NCBI GenBank assembly: GCA_951406725.2
Contig: OX597814.1
Coordinates: 138,880,001-138,944,000 of the forward strand
Direction: 5' to 3'
Length of the DNA: 64,000 nt
Source: Octopus vulgaris
Taxonomy: Eukaryota
A program made the translations under genes and the position numbers. Below are positions 53,795 through 64,000 of this stretch, in pieces (positions within the stretch are counted from its first letter, which is position 1; each line of letters starts with the position of its first letter). The notes below the pieces were generated by a model that saw only the letters and a program-made list of their open reading frames with translations, was not told the origin of the DNA and searched no databases.

Positions 53795-54220
53795 GATATG
53801 TGTGAATGTGTATGTACATAAATATTAGCCCATACGAATACTGGCAGCTAAAAGCAATATCGCTGAATAAATGTGTTGAAATATTAACGTTGAAATTGCT
53901 GCTGAAGATTTCCCTTTGAATCTGATGAAAAGTGCAGATATAGAAAAATTGTGAGAATAAGCTCGGTTCAGCTATTTGATTCTATTCCACTGATCTGTGC
54001 AATTTCTTCTTTCTTTTGTCACTTCATATTTAGTACAGATACGGTATTGATGGATGCTTTTCAAGTGTGAATAATCCAAGATGAAAGTACCTTTAAATCA
54101 GTCTTTACTAAAAGTTCTTCTGACATCTCCTCGCAGAATTGTAGAAATAGTTGTTTATAAGATTATTTATAGAAGCTGTAGCAGTAGTACTTTCATCAGA
54201 ATCTCACATACATTCAATAA

Positions 54221-54667
54221 GCATTTTTTCCCGTCACTAAATTCTTCCGAGAATTTATAATACAGCGTTATTTACATTAAATTAGCACAGCATTCCAAAT
54301 TGAAAATAGTAACTACTTACCTTGAATATTGCTCGAAAAACAGATCGAAATTCCAGTATATTATAAATATAATAATGCAATACAAACCCTTTAAGTGCAA
54401 CCATTTCTTTTAGTAAATATTTTAATCCGAATAGAATGATACAAATTTTCGTAGTAAAACAGCACAAGTTGTACTCCCCCGTGCAATTTTTTTTCTCATT
54501 TTTAATCTATTTTTATCTATCATGTCGAACATATAAACTACATAATTCTGATTAGTCGCAAGGGTAGACATTGTAACACTTTTTTACATCTCCAAATCCT
54601 ATATTAACCTTTTTCCCCTGTTGTTTAATCATGTTTCTCGGAAAAATTTACTGACGGGAAAAAATGC
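54221..54667. mobile_element. PIF/Harbinger (Tourist-like) MITE
   Basis: 33-bp TIR gcattttttcccgtcactaaattcttccgagaa (2 mismatches) with TAA at 54218-54220 and 54668-54670. Confidence 0.8.
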
Positions 54668-56698
54668 TAAAAGTCTACCGATTTGATTCAGAGATATTGG
54701 CCTCAGAAGTGCTCGTTTCGACTCCAAAATAACTGGTTTTGAATCTTTGTTTATTGATATAAACTCCTCTGAGAGAGAAAAATTAGGAATTGATTAGAGG
54801 TCTTAGTCTTTCAGAGAAGAGCAGAATCCACCGGACTGAACTAAAACCCCAGATAAGGATTGAGAATTTCTAGGCATGAATATGATTTTAAGTGAATTTC
54901 AACGTGGCGAAGGGGAATAACGTAATTCATTATGGCTAATTTGATAACCTAGAATACAAATATATTTTTGTGGAAAACTTACGTTTATTGTAATTCAGTA
55001 TCATGTTAGATTTCCGAGCAGTATCTAAGAACTTAGATTGATTTTTGTTATGTTTGTCTTTTGCCATACTACATACAGTGGAGTTATCTAAATAGATATA
55101 CGTGACTTTGAACTCGTACGCACAAATAAGACTGCTTGTAAATCGCTGCAAACATGCACTACTGTTTGTAAGACTTAAACTAAGACTTTATAACAGAAAC
55201 AGTTTACTGGCGGTTTCAAAAGTGTTCAATATTTTATCATTGGAATGCAACACCTCAGAAGCTTTCGGTACCACAATCTGTTATCAAGTCGCAGTCTGCT
55301 TAAATTTCTTAAACAATCCGGTAACATCGAGAAGTATAACTCGAGATAAAACTTAACACAAAAGTATTTATGGTAGGAATATCTTGTAGTAATTGCTGAA
55401 TCTCGTGGGAATTCAATATCTATTTCTATTATGATATAGAATTATTTACATAAAATTATTACAGCTGATATATTGTCACCAACAATAGCAACTATTCACT
55501 AAAAAGTCTTAAGGAAAAGAAAGAAAAAAACTCTGCAGTCCTGTGAGAAAACCCATCATAACACTTGAATTATTTTAGCGCATTCTTCTTCAAACTGTTT
55601 TTTATATATCTATAATTTTCTTCTCTCCCACTTTTCTGGTTTTTTTCCTTTAGTTTTCTATCTTCTCTTTACATCACTCTGTTTCTCTGTCTATATTTGT
55701 CACACATATTTCTAAACAAAGTTTTAGTTTTCAGTTGCAGGTTTATCATAATTAGCGGTGAAGGTATAGTGCACTTCAAGAAAATGTTTTCTTCGGTGAT
55801 TCATTCTGGTTTCAACGAATGACACAAAACTGATTGACATCTTTGTGAGATGCTGATGAAGCTGAAAATGCCAATAGCAACACGCTACGCCAGAGTTCAA
55901 GACCTACCTCTGAGGTTTGTTGCTACGGCCATAACGAGTCAGTTCACTGTTAGTTCTATTTTCAATCACCCTCTGTGTAAGAAATTTATTACAAATCATC
56001 AATTAGATATTTTGTACACCTATATAGATAGTGGCCACTTTTATTATGCGATAACAATAGGCTCTCATTTATGCAATCTCCAAGCTATAGCAGGTCAGTC
56101 TGTGTCTGAGTTTAGAATAAATAATGCGTGACAGCATTCAACACATCACATTTTATTTGACGGAGCACTTTGATCTCCAGTCTAACTCGATAATTGCTAA
56201 TTTTCTCAATCGCCAGCGGGTGTGTCACACACATAATGAATGGATTTTATGACACTCTCATAACTTTAATACTGACCTCCCCTGTGAACAACGGTTGTTG
56301 GCCACCATTCCGTATATCAGGGTTTTTAATATTCGTCTGACCTTTATTCGAATAATGTATCACGTTCACCTGAACTTGCTCTTGACGATTCTATGCCACT
56401 TAAGTACGGTCGTGTTTGGTACGCTGGCCATGGCATGCCTCAGATTTTTGGAAGTAGTTTGTTTATGGAAGTCTTGATTTATTCACTATTTGGCAGTACT
56501 ACGTTTAAAACTCAATACTATGTGAAGGCATTTTTAGGACGACTCTTTTAGTATTTTTTTTCTGTGAGTCAGGAGCAGCGCCTTTAACTGTTTAATTTTT
56601 CAAGTCCTCCAAAACTGAGAAAAACGTTATCCTTGAATCGAAGACCTGAGCTCAATGCACACCACAGAGTGAATTCCACTAAAGGTACTCAAAGACAA

Positions 56699-56929
56699 AG
56701 TCGGCGAGCTGGCAGAAACGTTTGCATGCCGGACGAAATCCTTAGCGGTATTTCGTCTGCCGTTACGTTCTGACTTCAAATTCCGCCGAGGTCGACTTTG
56801 CCTTTCATCCTTTCGGGGTCGATAAATTAAGTACCAGTTACGCACTGAGGTCGATATAATCGACTTAATCCGTTTGTCTGTCCTTGTCTGTCCTCTCTGT
56901 GTTTAGCCCCTTGTGGGTAGTAAAGAAAT
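56699..56929 (+). mobile_element. Full-length family B SINE
   Basis: 16-bp TSD aggtactcaaagacaa at 56683-56698 and 56930-56945; core gcctttcatcctttcggggtcgataaattaagtaccag. Confidence 0.93.
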
Positions 56930-57929
56930 AGGTACTCAAAGACAAGAGTCGACCGATCCAATATAGACTGATCTTCATGCTCGTGTGAATGACATGATTT
57001 GACCTGAGTATGTAGTACAGTATTGTTACTTTTTATATCCTTACCTTGCGCTCATCTTGTATGAGAGCATTCTGCAAGAGATGTCCATGTAGCAGAAACT
57101 CACTGGACCCGACGTCAATGACTAATTCCATACTATATATTTTCGGTTATCTTTTTTACTTTCTCAGATTAACTACCTCGGGCTTTCCCCTTCCGGATTT
57201 AACATTGTTGGATTTAAGAATTTTTCCCTGGTGCCCTTTTTACATATACACGACATCCTCGCCCCTCAAAATACTATTTACACCAGCCGTTTCTAATTCA
57301 CATCTGCACACAAAGACTTCACAACTCTGGAAAACGTTCAAGTTCTTTTTTTTTAATCGTTACACGCTTTCAAATACGCTGCTCACATTCCACGTGTGTT
57401 CAGAATCTTAACACCACGTCCCCAACATATGTATTCACAAAACACGCATTAAACAGTCTCATAAGCATTCACGCTACTCACGTATACATTAATATGCACA
57501 ATAACACCACTCTTGCATTGACACTACTTTCGATATTTACAAATCTTTTTCTTTGAGTTTTGCTTTTATCATATTTCTTTTACTTTTTTGTCTTTCTTGT
57601 TTTGTTTTTCTTTTTCTTTTTACTGTCACTCTTTTCTTATTTTGTACGTTCCCTGTAGAAATTCTAATATTCTTTCAAACATTTGTAAACGTATTTTCAA
57701 ACTTTATTGGGTTTCATTTTTCCTTCTCTATTTTAGTGTTTATTTACATGAATACAGTGGATTTTAAGAAATAGACACTTTCTGTGCGTGCGCATGCGAG
57801 TTTGTGTTTCTGTGTATGCAGCTGTATACATACACATTGATATGGAATTAATAAGTATACACTGTATTCTTTAAAGTGCATATGAACGTATGTGTGAATG
57901 CACGTACGTATGTATGCATGTATGTTGTT

Positions 57930-58535
57930 GTTCAGTTTTATTTCAAAATTTCTTGCCAATAGAGAAAGAAACGGTTTCTAACGTAGATCCAAGTCTCCTT
58001 CATTGGAATTTCAACATCAATAACAAAGTGTTTTTGTTTGTATTATGTATTTATGCATGTATGTATGTATTATGTATGCATGTATGTATGTATGTATGTA
58101 TGTATGTATGTATGTATGTATGTATGTATGTATGTATGTATGTATATATGTATATATGTATGTATGTATGTATATGTGCAGATTAGTATGTTTTGCTTTA
58201 TGTATGTATTCTCATGCATATAGTTCCATATCTAGACAGGCTCATATATATCTAAATGATAAATTTCTGGAAAGTTTTACAGATATCTTCAGTTCCAGTG
58301 ATAGATTGAATCTGTAGTCTTCGAATTAGCTTTCTCCTTTCTGGTTTTGAGAAGCCTAATTTCTCAAGATCGGGATCTCGGTAGTGTGTTACATATTCCA
58401 TGGCCCACATTATTACAGCTAAAAACGTGAACTTGTAATCTGGATAGAGTAACTGCAGATTTCACTGATCTTCACCTTTATGTTAACATCCGCTGAACAG
58501 CTAATTTCCATAACTGTTTCACTTCTCACATCCAA
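57930..58535 (-). mobile_element. 5'-truncated RLE LINE, same family as 12045
   Basis: EISCSADVNI remnant; colinear with 12045-12463, including an expanded (TATG)n in the 3' UTR. Confidence 0.8.
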
Positions 58536-58699
58536 ATCATTTAGTCAGGTCTGTTGCGCTTACGTTTTATTGAGGGCTTCAAATGTATGTACGTATGTAT
58601 TGTGTATGTATGTATGTATGTATGTATGTATGTATGTATGTATGTATGTATGTATGTATGTATGTATGTATGTATGAATGAATCTGCGTGTATGTATGT

Positions 58700-59116
58700 A
58701 AGTATCTTCTATTTTTTAGTATCAGACATCCTCCACTGAGGAGGGAGCAGGTTTCCAACGAAGATACAAGGCTCCATCTTTTGGATATAGATAACACAGA
58801 CTGATTCACATTTGGAACTTGAGAAAAGTCTTGCATATTTTTACTGTTCCAGTCACAGATTGCACTTGTAATGTACGAATTAGCCGGTCGATTTCTGTTT
58901 TTGAAAATCCCAGTTTATCCAGATTCTCCTTTAAACATTTACTAACAAAACCTAGTGCTCCAATTATTTTTGGTATGAATATGAATTCGTAGTCTGGATT
59001 TAGAAGCTGGAGGTGTCGAAGCAATTGTCCATAGATATCTTCTTTTTCTTTGATTTTCAAAGAGATATTTATATCTGCAGGGCAGCTGGCCTCTATGATG
59101 GTACATACTATTACCT
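58700..59116 (-). mobile_element. 5'-truncated RLE LINE, related subfamily, embedded in (TATG)n
   Basis: IIEASCPADINI..KIKEKEDIYGQLLRHLQLL..YEFIFIPKIIGALG...GTVKICKTFLKF; (TATG)n on both sides. Confidence 0.85.
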
Positions 59117-59659
59117 ATGCATGCATGCATGCATGTATGTATGTATGTATGTATGTATGTATGTATGTATGTATGTATGTATGTATGTATGTATGTATGT
59201 ATGTTTGTATGTATGTATGTATGTACAAATTTAGACATAATTCTGAGTACCAATCTCTATCTATAGATTCTATACATAAAGTAAAAGCCACATGAATTCT
59301 GGTATATGTATATACGTGTGCATATAAGTGGGCATTTATTTTCAACTTCTTAATGACTTCTGCGAAAACACTTCTGTCTAGATGCATCGTCCCCTGCTAT
59401 TCCTTTGAAAATCATGAGTTACGTCAAGAATGGAGATTTGGTGCATAAGCAATTGCTGTTGAATTTAAACATCTTGTGATTATATATCTGTCTGTCAATC
59501 AACAACGCAATGAATCAGTCTATAAATAAGTCAATCAATCAATCGTTCTCTCAGTATGTATGTATCTATCTACTTACCTACCTACTTACACACATACACA
59601 TTTATCTATCTAACAAGTTATCTATCTTATCAATCTAGCTAGCGAGCTAACTAGCTATA

Positions 59660-59810
59660 TGAATTTCCCCACATTTTCCCGTCAACCAAATTCTTTGATA
59701 AGGAATTAGCCGGCACGTTGCACTAGCCCAAGGTGCCACGCAGTTGGATTGGACTGAGCTCAAAGCCATGTCGTTTCAAAGTTATCTTAAGCCAATCACT
59801 ATTGCACCTT
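59660..59810 (-). mobile_element. Degraded family A SINE head
   Basis: cccaaggtgccacgcagt...ggactgagctc is the reverse complement of the family head. Confidence 0.55.
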
Positions 59811-59920
59811 TTTGTGTCCACGCACGCACCACACACATCACAGAGAAAACAAACCGCTTACACCTATACATTGATAAATAGGTGGCTATATTTGTTCATT
59901 CGTATAAAGCGGCAGTAGGG

Positions 59921-59954
<34 letters not shown>

Positions 59955-60039
59955 TGGGTTTTACCGTTATTAGACGACCTATGAGGATTTTGTAATTATT
60001 CCTGAACAAGCACACAGCTGATTTGTTTATAGCGACGAA

Positions 60040-60252
60040 ATGCTTGTGTTAACATTAGTTATCCCCCTCCATCAAATCGACGTTACTTGTACAGGTGCAC
60101 AAGGTGCCACATGTCAGATGACGAAATGACATCAGGGCAATGTGAAATGAAGTATTTTGCTCAAAAGCCCAACACAACGCCCGGTCTGGGAATCGAAACT
60201 ACGATCACAGAATCTTGAGTGCAAGCTCTTACCACTAAGTCGCGCGCCTTCA
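60040..60252 (-). mobile_element. tRNA-derived CORE-like SINE, degraded
   Basis: Minus strand gaaggcgcgcgacttagtggt...gtttcgattcccagaccgggcgttgtg...ttgagcaaaatacttcatttcac. Confidence 0.7.
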
Positions 60253-61019
60253 CTATATATATGTGTATATATACATGCACTCACACACTTATGCACGTTT
60301 GTGTGTTAAAAATGATATACATATAAATACGTACACACACACTCACACACACACATATATGTATGTAAGTGTGTTCATGCATTTGTGTGTTTATATACAT
60401 GTGTACATCATAATATGATAATATAAAATATTTTAATATATATGTTTAATTTTTGTTATTTATATTTCTTCATAACTGACATTGATGTAACTTTGAATAT
60501 TGCTCTTCAATCGTAGGCGTGGGAGTGAGTGTGTGCATGTGCGTAAGTGTCTGTGTGTGCGCATGTAGGAGATGGAGCCAATATTTAGATATTTCATATA
60601 TAAGCTTATATAAATTTATGTGTGTACACAAGTGTGTATGTGTGTGATGTACAACTACCTTTCTTAAGTGGGTATGAAATAGTATCATGCACCATATTTT
60701 CGCTAATTGCTTTAGGCGAGTAAACGTTAATGAAATGTGAAATAAAGTGCCTTGTCTAATGACGCAAAACGTCGCCCGGAGAAAAGATTCGAACCTACAC
60801 CTTAATCATTGTGATCCTCGTAAAATAACCTTAACACACACACACACACACACACACGCATACCTATACATCCACACTTATACAAATATACACGCAAACA
60901 CAAACATATAGACACGAATACAATTACACACACAAGAACACAACACATGTATACAAATAGAGAGAGGAAAAGAGAGAGGGGAAAGACAGGCAGACAGACA
61001 AACAGACAAACAGACAGAC

Positions 61020-61281
<262 letters not shown>

Positions 61282-61501
61282 CTCTACAATCTCCACCTAC
61301 TTTTCCGTTTTTCTTCTTATTGTTTAATAACCCTTTCGAATTCTTTCCTTTCTCTATTTATCATTAAACTAAATTGATTTCTATTTATTTTTATATATTT
61401 CGATCTTTCTTCAAATCAATAATTCTTATTGTTTCATGTCACATTGACTCACTTTCTTTTGTTTTCCTTTCAATGTTTCTTTATATTTCTTCATCCCATT
61501 C

Positions 61502-61554
<53 letters not shown>

Positions 61555-62430
61555 ACTCTCTCTCTCTATCTCTCTATCTATCTCTCACTTATAATGTAGC
61601 ATCACCAGTTCCTTTATTATTGTCAGCTGTACCCAGCTCAACAATCACATTAGTGCCGAACGTTATGATTTGAGATTCGTAGAATGTATTCACTTTTTGA
61701 ATGAAAGAAAGCGGTAAAGAAAGCTGGAACGAAAGAAAGAAAGAATGAAAGAAAATATTAAAGCTAGATTGAAAAAGAGAGCGAGGAGATAGAGAGAGAG
61801 AGAGGAGACGGGAGAGAAAGAGTGTTAGATATAGATAAACAGATAAACAGATATAAACAGAATAGTAGAAAATTGATAAGGGATTTGACTTCGGTATCTT
61901 TCGATCATCAGCTAATCATTTAGCCGAATTAGGTTAGCAGATTTTTATATTTCATGTCATTATTTCTAAAATCTGAAAGAAGAATAATTCCCCTCTCTTT
62001 AGGGACAAACATTGAATGAATATTTCAAAGAACACTATGGAAGATGTCAGATTAATGCCGAACTTATTCCCATTCATATTCTTTAAACCTTTTATCTCTT
62101 TGACATATTTATGACTTCATTTTATTTTAAACTAACACAGCCTAATTCTCTTCGGATTCTATTTAGAATAAGAATTCGGTTTTGAAATTATAACTATTAA
62201 CTTTTCGCAATTCATTTTGTTAGATCTGCAATTTCGCCCCGATAGTTTCATTGTTAACTACGTTGAAATAACAGTTTTCTTTTGACAAATCACAAGGCTT
62301 GTGAATGGGTAATTTGCGTAGTATGTGATTATGTACATGTTTTTAAAATCGATCCTGAAAGGTTAAAAGCCAATTTAGACCCAAGCAGCATTTGAATGCA
62401 GAAACTACGCAGTCGCAAAACATTTATATC

Positions 62431-62660
62431 TATTTCTTTACTACCCACAAGGGGCTAAACATAGAGGGGATAAACAAGGACAGACAAACGGATTAAGTCG
62501 AGTACATTGACCCCAGTGCGCAACTGGTACTTAATTTATCGACCCCGAAAGGATGAAAGGCAAAGTCGACCTCTGCGGAATTTGAACTCAGAACGTAACG
62601 ACAGACGAAATACGGCTACGCCTTTCGCTCGGCGTGCTAACGTTTCTGCCAGCTCATCGG
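62431..62660 (-). mobile_element. Full-length family B SINE
   Basis: Reverse complement of 56699-56929 over the whole length. Confidence 0.9.
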
Positions 62661-63662
62661 CGTTCTTCTGCTTCTGCCATTTTACCTTACTGAGAATATA
62701 TTTCCCTCAACAGCGTAGGAGAAACAAACTTGTATCAAAGAACAATTGAAATTAAGTTATATGAAACTCTCATATAACACTAAGTCGTTATATTTTAGTG
62801 GTTAAATACTACCAAGTAACTATTTAGAAGTTACATAGAATCACAAGGCGAAAAGTCGATAATTTTACTTCTAAGACACTATATCTATATTTCTGTTTTC
62901 AGATTATATGAAAAGTATATCAATTCTTTCTCAAAGTTTTATGTACGAGAGGCAAAGATCCTGAGAGACCATAGATAAGATTATCAATGCCATATGTTGT
63001 AAGCTAATCATTCAACAAGATTGATTTATTTATGGAATTTTGAGTAACAGAAAGCTGGGTGAGGTGGCGTGAGGTGGAGACAAAACTCTTCTTTTCTACT
63101 ACTTAGAAATAATTATATTTTATTTTGGGATGCAACACTTTATCACCATAGATACGACTCATTTTACATTGCATGGACACACGGAGAAGAATAGAAACAG
63201 AGGATGATTGATTTCATTTTAAGAAGACACGAGCTCGTTTTCATATAAATTATATTTTTATGGTGAATCCTGAATAGATGTAAGGTTGGAAATGGAGTTA
63301 ACCTTTTAGCAGCATCTTCTTATGAATGCTTTCAATGGTATTGCAGGAAGTGACAGATATTGATTTCTGGAAAAAAAAAAGGAAAATGATGAAATTTCGT
63401 ATTTCCATATCCATAATAAAACGATGCATCCTTTGTTTCAGTAAATTACATAAACCCTTATATGCGTGTGTGTGCATGTGTGTGTATGTATGTATGTATG
63501 TATGTATGTATGTATGTATGTATGTATGTATGTATGTATGTATGTATGGACATCTGCATGCATATATTTATATAAAGCACATATTTGAATATATATATAT
63601 GCATTATATGCACATATACATAAATATGTTCACACATGCATATATATAAATATATATATGTA

Positions 63663-63718
<56 letters not shown>

Positions 63719-64000
63719 GCTAGATAGACAGGCAGACAGGCAGGCAGACAGACAATATTTACGCTTCGTTAAGATTATATGCAGTATTTTTAATATAAAG
63801 TACATGTCTGAATAGCTAAGAGGGGATTTCCCTACTCATCTCGTTCTTATTATCTGCATACACTGCAAGACAAAGCTGTGGCCGGCACTTATGCACCAAG
63901 TCTGATATTCACTTAATATTGTTACTTAATATTGTTAATATTGTTACTGAGTAACATGAGTATGCATGTTGCTCAGACCTAAAAAGGTGCCTCAGTTTAA

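Noticed and set aside
53920-53960. CTGATGA followed by GAAA; similar cases at ~43120, ~58735 and ~61905
   Set aside because: No coherent stem II, stem III or cleavage triplet.
55850-56480. Possible Copia gag remnant (LQAIAGQSVSEF)
   Set aside because: Only one short motif; no LTR, zinc knuckle or pol sequence recognised.
62903-63058. Plus-strand segment with acceptor and donor-like sites
   Set aside because: Stops in the frames examined and no recognisable motif.

Overview
AT-rich eukaryotic DNA saturated with microsatellites and transposons. The SINE repertoire and (TA)n/(TATG)n/(GATA)n load point to an octopus (coleoid cephalopod) genome; this is an inference. No intact host gene is visible, and almost all ORF-track entries are microsatellite read-through. 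The window holds several tRNA-derived SINE families with swapped head and tail modules, LINE fragments (CR1, RTE, Tx1-like, R4/Dong-like RLE), Tc1/mariner, pogo and Harbinger-type DNA elements, a Helitron and a solo LTR. Three signals stand out. (1) Three minimal type I hammerhead ribozymes with palindromic stem III (2711-2756, 6906-7015, 22703-22791). One appears to form the tail of a tRNA-headed SINE. Two sit in non-coding Penelope-like elements with a shared fold-back architecture, and in one the inverted copy starts at the predicted cleavage triplet. (2) RLE-type LINEs repeatedly inserted at (TATG)n. (3) Scattered, decayed minus-strand exons resembling two divergent ionotropic glutamate receptor/IR-like genes (low confidence). 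All calls are by eye; coordinates of degraded elements are approximate.
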